Shown piece by piece: positions 28,540 through 41,724 of a stretch of DNA of 64,000 nucleotides. A program made the translations under genes and the position numbers. Numbering within the stretch: the first letter of the stretch is position 1; each line of letters begins with the position of its first letter. The notes under the pieces were generated by a model. It was not told the origin of the DNA. It worked only from the letters and a program-made list of their open reading frames with translations, and ran no database searches. Source of the DNA: Octopus vulgaris (lineage: Eukaryota); assembly GCA_951406725.2 (NCBI GenBank), contig OX597825.1, positions 2,480,001 through 2,544,000 on the forward strand, in the 5' to 3' direction.

Positions 28540-29330
28540 CCACAGAATATTGAAATGTATTACGTCTAAAAGTAATACCAGAGCCAAACCCCCACGTTGC
28601 CTATCCTGTTTCAACAAAACTATTTCCTGGTCAGTTGGATATGATAAAAATCTTCCTGTACTTACTGAACATTTTAAGTTCTCGATCAACATTCAAAAGA
28701 GGATAAATCGTATCTTACTAGATACTATTTTATGGTATCTTACTAGACACCAGTTTATGAGAATTGGTCAACGGTTTAATGTGGCAATGTCACCTTCTCT
28801 GATGTATCTTCATTCACCATTTTACCACTTCATTCACCACTTCGAGCAAATTTATGCCTCTTGATTGCCCAAAGAAGCCTCAAAGTCCAATTTGCTCTAC
28901 CCTAGCATGAATGCACCTCAGATGATTTAGTCCATCTTTAGTGTTTCATATGACATATTTATCACCAAGGACTATATTAGTATATTGGCAAGTCTTGTCC
29001 TCATATGGTATAAAATGTATTCGTTGATGGTAGCGCAAACGTAACAGATAACAATGAACCAATTCCCACAGCTGATGTTATTCAAAATTGCTACGAAATA
29101 CCATGAACAGGAATTCCTGCACTTTTATAGGCCTTCACAATCATCTGATCTCAGTATGTTCAAACATCCATTGTGAATTTTGGTGTAGAAACTGAGAAAT
29201 CGCTTCCATTATGTTTGATGTTGCTAAAGCAGGTTTTTTTCTTGAACACGGTATTAGTTAAATCCTAGATATATTAAATCTCTGATTGAGAAAGATTGGC
29301 AACCTACGTATAAGATGATATCACTTCCGT
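28540..29330 (+). pseudogene. Tc1-family transposase relic
   Basis: Ordered motif remnants: NVTFSDVSSFTILP (~WSDESxF), PKEA..LLYPSMNA (~PTVKH), DNNEPIPTA (~DDNAPxH), RPSQSSDLSMFKHPL (~WPPQSPDLNPIE). Confidence 0.7.
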
Positions 29331-30074
29331 TTAAGAAATTGTCTCCTCTATTTTTGTCTGACCTCTTAAAGCATATTGTCCTCCTTCATTCATATATATT
29401 TGTGTATACATGCATTATATCTCATTCATGTTGCTACCGTGTTCCATGTTTTAGATGCATTGTTTCATATGCTACATAATCCGATAATCATTTCGTCAGA
29501 GCTGATAAGCAGAGTTCCTTGTTCAGTACTCGTTACTTTTGAATGTCATAGCGATTTTATTAAGTCCCATAAAAATAACTCACGTGACTGTTTACATCAC
29601 CTATTCATCAGTGAACTTAGAATATATTCAGGTTCATTCTTTGTATTGGCTACAATAACGGGTGATGTTTCTTTGCAATGAGTTAAAGTTATTACCCATT
29701 GCATTCAATGGCGAGGCAATCACAAATGCCAGTCGTATAGAAATCTTTCGGTGAAAACTGAAAGAAAATAAAGAGAACGAACTCGGGTTTCTGTTGGTTT
29801 CAAATACAAAAAAAAAATGAAAGAAAGAATTTGTCACAAACTTCCAACAGAAAGTTCCCCTTTGGGAAATAAATATGGAATTCAGAAAACAGACTCTACA
29901 TGCGTTGATTCATTCAAAAGGTTTCATATATTTTCACTGTTTAAGCAATATTCTAGGAAAGTGAACTAAACGAAATTTTCCTAACGCTTTCTTAACTATT
30001 TTAGCGTTAAAAAACCCTGGACTGATTGTTCTGAGAGGAAAAGTAAATCATGATGAATCTTAAATCCCACCACC

Positions 30075-30520
30075 CATGGCTGTGTGGTTAAGAAACTTGC
30101 ATTGCAACCACTTGGTCGCAGGTTCAATCCCACTTGGACAACTATGTTCTACTGTTCTTTCTTGCCAACTGATACCTTGTGGCTAAATTTCGATGACGGA
30201 AACTCAATGGAACGCTGCTATTTATGTGTGTGTGCATGCATGCATGTGCCTGCGTATGTGTGTGTATGTGTGTGTGTGTGTGTGTGTGTACACGTATACT
30301 ACTCTGTGTGTGCTTTTCCTTCACCACCAGAGAGCCGATGTCGGTTTGTTAATGTCCCCATGACTTAGTACTTCGTAAACAGACTGACAGTATTTGCAGT
30401 CACCAGACTCGAACAGCAAGCAATGAGGTCAATGTATCCGATGATTTAATATTCAATGCGATGAACTAAAACGACTGACTCATATGTAATACCAGGAATA
30501 TGTAAGAGGTAAACAAGTAA
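30075..30520 (+). mobile_element. Degenerate tRNA-derived CORE-like SINE with an internal (TG)n
   Basis: tggctgtgtggttaagaaacttgc..caaccac..ggttcaatccca..gacggaaact; the 3' part is homologous to 59350-59540. Confidence 0.65.
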
Positions 30521-31034
30521 AAAAGCAACTTCAATGGATATATCAGAGAGGAATGCGACTGTCGCACATAGTGAACATTATAACAAATCCATAGTAAACT
30601 GATGCTATCCTAGTCATTCGGTTGGCAGTGAAAATCTGGCATTTCTATATAAGGTTATAGATTGGTAAAGACCCTGATGAAGGAGGTGAGCAGTATCACG
30701 TTTTCACATTCAGCATATGAGGGAAAATGTTTCTGTTACATGGATTCTTTATGATGTCTTGACATATTTCGCAACGATTGATGAAAGAAACTTATAGGTG
30801 ATAAGAATATAATCTCTAATATAAGAAATCAGCTGGGATACTCTTACCTCTGCGCACCCATTACAGCTCTTTTTCTTTAGGCATCAAACGAAAGCACTGA
30901 AACACTCTGTGAAATACCACAGAATTTTACTCCAACTGATTCTATATTGACTTGTGATATTTTTTCCAAAACAAAGAAGCGAACCGAGCAAAGAACTTTG
31001 TAGTGTTTCGTTCGTCTTGATGCTCTGGATCCAA

Positions 31035-31192
31035 ATACAACCGAGTTCGACTCGTTTCATCGTTTCTGGGTCAATAAAATACCAACCAGCCTACAAGTGA
31101 TCGATGTAATACCTACCAACCTACTGGTGATCGATGTAATCGACTTACGGCTTCTCCGGCTTTGCTGGCCTTGTGCCAAATTTAGAAACCAA
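31035..31192 (+). mobile_element. Degenerate Nin/Deu SINE with an internal ~30-bp duplication
   Basis: tttcatcgtttctgggtcaataaaatacca..gatcgatgtaat (twice)..ggccttgtgccaaatttagaaa. Confidence 0.6.
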
Positions 31193-32550
31193 TATTTCTC
31201 GCAAACATGCATATGATACTATTTGCGACTTGATTCTATACAAATAAATTTCAGACACTTTAGAACAGTTATAAGAAATGGGAAGAAGAAAAGTGAATAT
31301 ATGTAAAGTATACTGAGATAAAATATGCTTTCATCTCATTCCTTTTTGTCACCAAGTCTAATATGGTTTTTCGTTTGTGGGTGGAATGAGGTCAATATTA
31401 GAAAATGATTCTCAAAATGTTGTTGCAAAACATTTCCATTAAGTGCTAATATATTTATGCATTTCGTTTTTGGATTTGGTTTGCAAGATTCTTTATGTGA
31501 GTTCGTGTGTTGAAGCATATTCTGTTGTGCCTGGGGAGAGTCATTTTCTTTTCATGCCTTATAATTTAACACACTCACCGGTAAAATTTCCACTTATTTC
31601 TTATTTTTATTTTCCTAAAATTCTCGTTGCGTCTTTCAACCTTTTCAATAGTCTTGTTTTATGCCCGTTTTATTCGTATTGATATTTTCTCTCTAATGTT
31701 GCTACATAGATTTCGTTCAGGGGCTAATAGCATTATGCCTGTTTTAATGAGCGCAAATATAATTTGTACTAATATCATCTCTCGTGACATATACGCGACA
31801 CCCATACATGCATATAGATATGTATACATACTTGCATACGCATGCCGACATCAATTAAGTATACGCTGCAAGCGTACAATTATGGCTGAAAAGTATCACC
31901 AAATGTTCGGGGAAGCAGCATACAGGTAAGGCACTACGAAGGGATTTTATATTTGGTTCCTGACTCCAGGTATTGCCTTCCTACATAAAGTGAATACTAC
32001 GAATTCCTAACAACTGTAGAATTTTAGACTAACATACCAAATAAGCTTGCCCATAGCTGGGGCAATATATTGTCCCAGAATAAAATCAGTAATTTAGCTG
32101 ATACAAGTAATGATCATACGCTGATGAAAGCTGTGGAAAACCTGTACAATGACTGATAAAATTTGTTTCTGCAAGACCAATTATCGAGGAATATGCAGCT
32201 GAAGAGAAAAGAGTGTGGAGAAGACGTGAATATTTAATGAATGAAATTGTGCTATTTGAAGAAGAAATACAGTAGGAAACCTGTGAGAGTATAGTGTAAA
32301 TACGGAATAATAGCATGGACTTCTATACCTCACTTATTGATACTGCGTGGTCATTGTAACTCTAAAAGTATCCGCCACCTCGGCAGATGCCATTACTTGG
32401 CTCACAAAGACCTTCACTATATTTCTTACACGCTTCGCTGAAAGTTGAATGGATGTATTGAGAGTTATAAAAATGAAATGGCGTTCACGAGTTTGCATCC
32501 TCTTTCAGAAAATTCGATTTCTATGAACATCGAGTGTATGTAAGCATAGG

Positions 32551-32590
<40 letters not shown>

Positions 32591-33305
32591 CGCATGTCTG
32601 TGTGTTTGTGTATATGTATATATGTGTGTGTGAGTTTCTTTGCGTGTATGCATCTGCATTATATCTCGATCGCGACAAAATTCTCTTAGAAGAAAAATAC
32701 CAATTTTCTGCAGTCTGGGATCACGAAGCTGCCTCAAAATGACGCGAGGTAGCGAAAGAAAATGGGTTATATGTGGGTCAGTATAGTTATGTACAAATAC
32801 TTAAGTATTGTTGAACATTACTTAAGTGGTACCAAAGTTTTTTTCCACACCTATATATACATAGTCCCACCTGTCATACACATGTACCCACTTACGCATG
32901 TGCCTCACTCGCTACCCGCTAATACACATACACTCACATACACATAAACTTATGATTATTTAAAGTAGTTTGATTCGTGTTTCGTGCTACTTCAGAACAT
33001 ATTCGAGCCGTTAGTATTACTGAATATAGAGGTTCAGGAAGTCTAAAATGGCCACCGGAAGATGGGCTGCTGTTGGTTAAGGAGGGACACGTGGTGATAT
33101 AGGAAACTGGTGGCGTCACTTTGTCTGGATATGGCAACGGTGAGGTCGGTGAGCGTATGCGCTAGTATGCACGTGTGTGCGCGTGCTGCGAGTACATGTG
33201 TGCGGGTGTGTGTATGTGTATGTGTATGTATAAGTGTGTATACAAATATGTATAATAAATAATATATATATGTGTGTGTGTGTGTATGTGTCCACACACT
33301 CGTAC

Positions 33306-33379
<74 letters not shown>

Positions 33380-34074
33380 TATGTCTGGATATGTGTGTAT
33401 GGATCAAGCTGTTTTTTAAACAGCCGTTGATTCATTAGTTGCCTAGGGGTTAAGTGTAAAATATTAAAGATATTTATATATGCTAAACTTCGTAAGAAAG
33501 TCACACAACACAGAAATATAAAAAAAAAAGCAAACAATAGCTAAAAGGGTTTAGAACTCTCCGCAAAGGGAGACACAAATCTAATGTGTTACAATTTTTG
33601 AACGGATAAGATTCGTATTCTCAAAACATTAACATTATTAAAATACATGCCTATATGCTTAAAGATATTTTTTCAGCATTATAAAACGTAATTAAATGAT
33701 TTTGAACACGTTTATAGAAATCGCTTGGCTCCAGAATACTCAGGAAGACATTTTATAATTGTCTGTGACATTTTTCATAAAGTTAGAGAAGCAAGGGGGA
33801 AATCATTGGCAACCACCTTCTGGGAAAATCACTAATCAGGGTCAACTTAGGGAAATGGAGTAATTCTATTTCTTCTCAGCGAAAAGTACATGAATCCCTT
33901 ACATAATCAGGTTTAGGATTTTTCGTAAACATACATATGTACATATATATGCGCAGACACGTATATGTTCATATTTAGGTTTTATTCAAATAATGGCACT
34001 ACTTAGCAAAAACCAGATCATCTGCTCACATCACATTCATTTTTGCACTAACGTATATGTTTTTTAAGGCAGAG

Positions 34075-34243
34075 AGCTAATAGAAGCGTTGGTACTCCGG
34101 ACAAAATTGCAGTATTTTGGCCGTCATTACTTTGTCTTTCACCCTTTTGTGTTCGATAAAATAAGATCCAGTTGAGCACCGGTTCGATGTAATGGACGTA
34201 ATCCTATTCCGGAATTGTTGTCCTTGTACCGAAATCTGAAACA
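34075..34243 (+). mobile_element. Degenerate Nin/Deu SINE
   Basis: ctttgtctttcacccttttgtgttcgataaaataagatccagttgagcaccggttcgatgtaat. Confidence 0.65.
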
Positions 34244-34264
34244 AATATATGTTTCTGTATAGCG

Positions 34265-34640
<376 letters not shown>

Positions 34641-34754
34641 ATTGTTTTTCTTGCTGTCTTTTTAGGGATATGGATTTCCAACGAGGAGAGGATTCCCAGT
34701 CCAATAAAACACTCGTGTCAAAAGATATGCTTTCCTTTTCATTTCCGAAAGAGG

Positions 34755-34940
34755 AGATAAATAATGGTTTCAAATTTTGTTACAAGGCTAGCAAGCTTGG
34801 GGTAGGGGGCAAAACGATTACATCAACCCCAGTCGTTCTCAACTCCTACTTGTTGTATCGATCCCGAAATAATGGAAGGTGGAATTTGTAAGGAATCATG
34901 TAGGCGGACAAAATACCTCTAATCATTGGGTTTGGCGAAA
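34755..34940 (-). mobile_element. Degenerate Nin/Deu SINE
   Basis: tacaaggctagcaag..cgattacatcaaccccag..tatcgatcccgaaataatggaagg. Confidence 0.55.
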
Positions 34941-34944
34941 GATA

Positions 34945-35995
34945 TAATATGAGGCACTTTTAAGATGAAGAAAAGTATGATAGATGTGAGAGTAACGCAA
35001 TTAAAGCAAAGGAAAACTTATGAACAGAATAAGAGAGGAAAAGCAGAATGTGAAAAATGAATAAGAGAGAAAATATGTGCGTTAAGAGAGAAAAGAGAAG
35101 AGAAAGAAAATTAAGAGAAGCATCGAGGGAAAACTGCCGAAAATTAGTGAAAAATTACTGAAATATAATTACAATATACCGAAGATTAAAATCAGTAGAG
35201 TAAGAAATATAAAATGGAAATAAAAATGGAAATTCGAATACTGATATTGAGTGACACGACTGATAAATATCTGGAGATGTAGAAATTTACACAGCAATCG
35301 AAGAGTTGTTAAACAGAGCTAAGGTGAGACACTTAGGAAGACAAACAAACAATGTATGCTCTAATGTAAAAGATTATGCGGCAAAGAAGGCTTGAAAGGG
35401 TGTTGTCAAACAAGACTGGAGGAAAAGGAGCGAATATGTTCGAGGTGGAGGTGCGAGTACGCGCGGTAAAAAGAGGTTTGAGTGTTATCGATGTACATAT
35501 GTACAAAGAAACCAGAAAGTGAGTGATTGTTCATGAGTGGCTTTGATGGTGTTTGTGGGTATAAACGTTTGAGAGTACTGGTTTTAAAATCTGAACGGTG
35601 AAAGCTAATATACGGGCATTCTAAAGGAATTGTGTCTGGTTAATACAAAAAAAGGATTTCGGAAAACTATTATTTTGCAATGTAGATGATAGATGTGAGC
35701 AAGGGCGTATCCACTCCTTTCACTTACATCTCTTCTCAGAGACATTAGAGAAGAGAAAGCATTGAAGTTTAGGACTGGAGTGAAGTAGTAATATAGAAAT
35801 TGTCTTCCGCGTAACAACATAAAAGAAGCAATTGTACACACATTTTTTTCTCTCCTTGTTTTTTTTTCTGTGTCCCTTCCTGTAGAAGAGCGTAGGCTCG
35901 AAACGTAAAATACATTTTCTGTTCCTGAGCGTTATACTAATACATCTGTTTGTTTTCTACACCACCTGTCTTCGTCTTTTGTTTTTCCTCCCCCT
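34945..35995. mobile_element. Penelope-like (Neptune-type) relic: RT remnant on minus plus an inverted terminal repeat carrying an HHR variant
   Basis: Minus remnants PVLNFNAFSS..VSERSG (~LTLNxFxF..GVAMG) and HMYIDN (~RYIDD). HHR-like motif at 35880 on plus. Confidence 0.4.
35871..35914 (+). ncRNA. Variant hammerhead motif (CUGUAGA-A core)
   Basis: CUGUAGAA gagc-guag-gcuc GAAA cg UA. Perfect 4-bp stem II, minimal stem III, decayed stem I. Confidence 0.45.
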
Positions 35996-36031
35996 ATATA
36001 TGTGTGTAGTGGCTACCGATATATCATGGTG

Positions 36032-36073
<42 letters not shown>

Positions 36074-36747
36074 TTACACGAAAAATACGCTGACACAATC
36101 TCTCTCTCTCTCTCTCTCTCTCGCTCTTCCTCACATATACTTACACATCCACAAACACACAGACATACAAATACACATACATACATACTCTCGTCCCTGT
36201 GGGTGCACTTTAATTCCTTGCGTGTGTTTGCGTGTTTTGTTAAATATTTACACTAAATTCTGCTCAAATGTTCTGATTTCCAATGTGCCAATGAATATTT
36301 GATACAGGTTCCTCGGTGACTTCTATGAAAAAGGAATAACATAATTAAGTGGTTCAAAAATATTCCGGTCTCCCCAGAAACATTTAATTCGGTCATTCAC
36401 CGTTAGCATCAATTTTTGTCATATAAAGAAGCCAAACTATATATTTGATAACACTACTGAAATGTTCGTTTCTCTTATTTACAATATTTCTTTTCATTAA
36501 ACAGAAAATCAACAACAATGAACTTGATGAAAACAAGAGGTTATAAAGAATGGAATATTTTTGATTAAAATAGAAATTCTAACATATAAGTCTTCGGATT
36601 CTTCAAGAAATTATCTTCAATGCATTTGTATCGTAACTTTATCTCCCCAGAGTTATTTACCACATTGATAGCACAATACGAAGTTATCTAAACTTATTGA
36701 AGACAAACCAGGTGTAGATTTATACGAAGATCTGCACACACATACAT

Positions 36748-36778
<31 letters not shown>

Positions 36779-36871
36779 TACACGCACATATATATACACA
36801 CATACATACATATATACATACATACATATATATATATATAATTATATATATATACATATATATATGTATGC

Positions 36872-36904
<33 letters not shown>

Positions 36905-37114
36905 ATATATGCCTGTGTATATATGAGTGTGTGTTTGTATGTATGTATGTATGTATGTATCTATCTATCTATCTACCTACCTATGTAAGTAAGCGTTCAG
37001 ATAAATGTGTGGTGATTTGTTAATTAGTTATAACAGCGTTAATACAAAATGCTATGGTGTCCTCAACGAGAAAACTTTTCAGTCGGGACATACACAACAT
37101 ATATACACGCACCT

Positions 37115-37502
37115 ATAAATAAGGGGCAAAGGAAAAATTTATTTGGGTATATGCTGAAAATAGAGGCTAAATTGTCTAACCACATTTACTTTTTCCACTA
37201 TCATTATTAAACACTTGTGGAAACGAGGAAGCAAGCCAACAAATATTCGTAGGAATTTAGATATCTCCGTATCGGCCCGATTTCAGGATTAATACAAAAG
37301 GATTATTACTTCATCAGCGAAGACACAGTGAAATAAACGGGGTACTTATAGGTATGCTTGACATGGTGTCTGCTTTTCCGTGGGTCTGTATCAGTATTAC
37401 ATTTATTTGCGTAATAACAGTGAAAACATTTAATGTGGTTAGATGATTTAGCGTCTATTTTCACATTACAAGCAAACAAATGTTTTGTTTGCCCTTATTT
37501 AA
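37115..37502. mobile_element. Foldback element with ~95-bp imperfect inverted arms enclosing an HHR (PLE pLTR-like)
   Basis: aaataaggggcaaa..gaaaatagaggctaaattgtctaaccacatt is inverted relative to aatgtggttagatgatttagcgtctattttc..tttgcccttattt. Confidence 0.65.
37264..37323 (-). ncRNA. Type I hammerhead ribozyme motif
   Basis: Minus: ucuucg CUGAUGA ag-uaaua..uauua-auc-cu GAAA ucgg-g-ccga UA cggaga. 6-bp stem I, intact core, AUA triplet. Confidence 0.75.
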
Positions 37503-37574
37503 GATTGTGATTATAATTTCACCCTAAAAGGTGTTTTTTCATATGCTAGCCATTGATGAAATTTTTCATTTTAT

Positions 37575-37660
<86 letters not shown>

Positions 37661-38439
37661 ATGAAAAATGAGAGGATGACAACATAAAAAATTATGATGT
37701 GAACTTCTTTAAATTACCACTTTTTCTGCTACAAAATTCAATAATTCAATGGATTCTTACTTGAATGCTTCTGTATCACCCTACATCTTCACTGGAGGTT
37801 CAAGCATGAAGTGCAAACTTATTTTGGGAAACATTTACATGAATGAGTGATACACAATCATACGAATCATAGGAGTAAATTGCATCTTATAATATAAACA
37901 CCTCTATGTTCATGAAGTCCATGACCCAATTTCTTACCTTTCGTCATTCCATTTTCTTATAACTGCTGTGCACGCAACTATCTCTTCCTTCTGACACACT
38001 TATATTGAGTTCTAACACTATGTTATTAGTACCGCAACTTGCTTTAAAGAGATTTCTTTTAAATAGTCTTGTTTTGAGAATCTTGTTTTAAATTTGCATG
38101 ACTACGAGAAAGAACACATTAATCCAATATGATAACGAAGAGAACATATATGTACTTCTAACGTCTTTTTTAGTTTTTATACCAGCTAGCGACGAGTACA
38201 TGTATGACCATTACGATTTTGTAATCCATTTTAACATCTAATCGCTTCCATTATATAAATATGAATGAAGTTGTTGAACTGTGTTTAAAAACTTAAATCA
38301 TACACTGCTTAATTCTATACAGGTTTTCATACCTATACGAATTTATGTAAGCAAATTCAAAAGTAAATATGAAGAAACGACATTAGAAATCTTTGGAAAT
38401 AATTCCATTTAAAGGACGAACTAACATTCATTCCATGAA

Positions 38440-38580
<141 letters not shown>

Positions 38581-41009
38581 CCTACCCATATTTAGATATA
38601 TCTATGTATTTATTCAAACATATGTACATGATAATTATGTACATGCGTGTACACATCCAGACAAGCATGTGTAAGTATAGATAGAAATAAATGGAATGAA
38701 CAGAATGACGAAAGTGCACGAAACTATTTTTTACTTGCCAGGCAAACTTTTGTAACGATAAAGAAACTACTTTTGCGAAGATGCAAGCTGTTAGATGCAA
38801 ATAGGGTAGATGTAATTTCAAACCTTGTAAAGTAATGGCTTGCGTGTAGGAATATTTTAATTTTATTTTTGTAGCGTTTATGGAAGAAGTGAGTAGTTAC
38901 ATGTGTGAGTAGTTCACTGTAACTCATTTTGTATTGCGTTTTATCGAACGCAAGCTCGAGCATTGTGTGAATCCGAAACGTTAGATGTACCCGAATCTAC
39001 CTCTACACTTCCTCGTGGCGAATATTACGCTCTAAGCACTTTACGCACAACTGGATATTTGTAGAATACTTTTATAATCCCAGAGTTTTTGAAAGGAAAT
39101 TTACTTGTTTCAGAAATTGTTTTAAATCAATCATTTTAAAATTAGGATTTTAATCTTTGGTGGTGTTTAATTAATTAATTTTTTTTGTTATTTGAAAAAC
39201 ACTAATAGTCAAATGCGGAACGCTACGTGTTTAGAATATGGTGTGGTATAGAGAATGGTAAAGAAGAAAATGACATAATATATAAGTCAACCGTGGTTCT
39301 TGCTCTTTAAATTTCATAGATGCGTATTTAGATGTGTAAATTTATAACATTTGTAATTCGATCTGATGAATGGTAAAAAATCGACATTCCATATTTAAAA
39401 TATCGTGATGGATAACTTGTCTTATCTAGATATGCCCAGATGCGTTACTGATTCGTAAACGTTCTGGTATTTTGTAGTTCTTCAAAAAATATGATGTTGT
39501 GTGTACCAAAAAATACACGGCTTTTAAAATGCGATTCAAGTTCTTCATACGAATTAAAGCCTTTTCTTGCTTTAGAGTATTGTTTAATGAATTTTCTATA
39601 GATCAGTTTGGCAATGAATATGAAGAATGAGAATTAAACATAACTCAACTTGACAGAAGAACATAGAATATATTAAATGTTTTCAGAAACCATCTCTAAA
39701 TCTGACTTTGGAAGATTTATAATAAAAACAAAGAGAGTTAAGAAATTAAGATATTATATTAAATTAGCCACCATATGGCCAGAGAACATAAATAACGAAC
39801 TAGAAATTAATGTACACATTACTAAGTATAGAAAATTATTTTATCAGTTGATTGCTGTTAAAAACGCACCGATGGATTCTCGCGCATAAATACGCAATTA
39901 TTTCAAAGATGTCCGAACAAAGATGTCTGAACTCGCATCTCTCACCATTTGGTTTGACTGAGTGCAAATACGATCTCAAGGAAAGATCTATTTGATAACA
40001 AGTAGGAAATGGTCGTTAATTGCATAAACAGAAGCAATGATTCGAGTTCTTAACCATGGTTCCATCATTTGTGCCTTTACCAGTTTTTACCGATGACATT
40101 TTGATAAGATTATTATCAAATATATATCTACGTAAATATACAATATAATATGTTTTAGCTAATGTTGGAATTGTCAATTCGTATATCACCTGAGATTTAT
40201 AATAGAGGAGTCATATCCACACGTACATGTACACACATGCAGCAAATGTTAGCAAAACGTTTAGATGTACAAAAGAGTGTTTTGCTAGCAGCACATTACA
40301 TATTAACACCTGAATTCCACATGTATGAGAATTGGATGCTGTTCAGTTGATGTTTCTAAAGGTGGGTATTATGTTTGTATCACAACGCTCTTTTTAGATA
40401 CATACAGAAGTGTGTAGGAGGAAGATCAAACCTGCATTTTTACATATGCAACAGATGTACGTGTGGTCAGCAAAATTTGATCTTATGTATGTATGTCGCT
40501 ATGTATATATGTATCAATTAGCGAATGACAAAACAATGGAATGCTGGTAATATTTGTTTATTGCGGTAAACAAACTTAATAACCGTTCTAAATAAATATA
40601 GATTTCGATTATGTGACAAGGAAGAATCTATTAGTGTGCAACGTGAGCACTTATGTCAGTGTGCAATGCTTCTTGCAACAGAATTAGCTGCATGTTAATG
40701 CAAGTAATTATGTAAGTCCTGTTCTTTAGCAATTCCTTAATTGATGTTATGATCTGTACACTGCTAGTGCTTTTCTCTAAAACAGGACTAATTTGTTTTC
40801 TAACCACGAGTTACCATTACCGTTATGCCTCAGCGAAAGTATAAAAATGTAAAATACACAGCTAACCATATACGTTTACATAACTATGTCTACATTTCTG
40901 TGTCTATCTATGCATCTATGTATGTATGTAGGTATGTAGTGATTAATAAAAATTATCGTATCTTCCATCTTTCGTCTTTCATTTATATATATGTATGTAT
41001 GTATATGAT

Positions 41010-41574
41010 AGAAATGGCAAGAGAACAAATGGACGAAAGAGACCTCGATATTATGTAAAGAGAGGAATTTATCTGTAAATATATGTAACAATTATTCGGT
41101 AGCCCGATAACAGAAGAGATGTCGGCGTGTGTTTCCGCCCCGACATCCGAAACTCGGAGTTTTGTCATGGCTACCGAATAATTGTCACATATTATATTTA
41201 CAGATAAATTTCTATATTTACATAATATTGAGGGCTCTTTCTTTCTTTTGCTGTCTTGTCCTCTCTATCAATAAGTTACTTCCCGTACACCGGTATTTTT
41301 CTGTAAGGGCTAATACAGCTTATTTTGGAAAATCGCCAGAAATCGGTTCAGGACTCTGCTCCGCAGAAGAATTCAATATACACGCCTACAACATTGATTA
41401 TTCTATGAAAAACATACCTATACCATCAAGGGATCTATACTCTAAGAAAATTTGGAGAAAATTACATTTAGATTTTTTTCGATGTCCCAATAAGTGTAGA
41501 GATGCCGGCGTGGGTTTCCGCTCCGACACCCGAAACTCGGAGTTTTATCATGGCTACCGAATAATTGTCACATA

Positions 41575-41580
<6 letters not shown>
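41010..41580 (+). mobile_element. Miniature Penelope-like element: inverted partial pLTR, pLTR with HHR, ORF start, second direct pLTR part, ending at (TA)n
   Basis: 41010-41105 is inverted relative to 41168-41260. 41115-41195 is repeated at 41497-41578. Between them lies NIDYSMKNIPIPSRDLYSKK, resembling the PLE ORF N-terminal YSxKNIPIP motif. Confidence 0.7.
41106..41166 (+). ncRNA. Degenerate type I hammerhead (U4 to A)
   Basis: gauaa CAGAAGA gaugucgg..ccgacauc c GAAA cuc-g-gag UU uuguc. Confidence 0.6.
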
Positions 41581-41656
<76 letters not shown>

Positions 41657-41683
41657 ATATGTATGTGTGTATATATATATATA

Positions 41684-41724
<41 letters not shown>

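Noticed and set aside
32118-32150. CTGATGA..GAAA motif
   Set aside because: The intervening aagctgtg cannot form stem II and there is no stem I, so this is a chance match.
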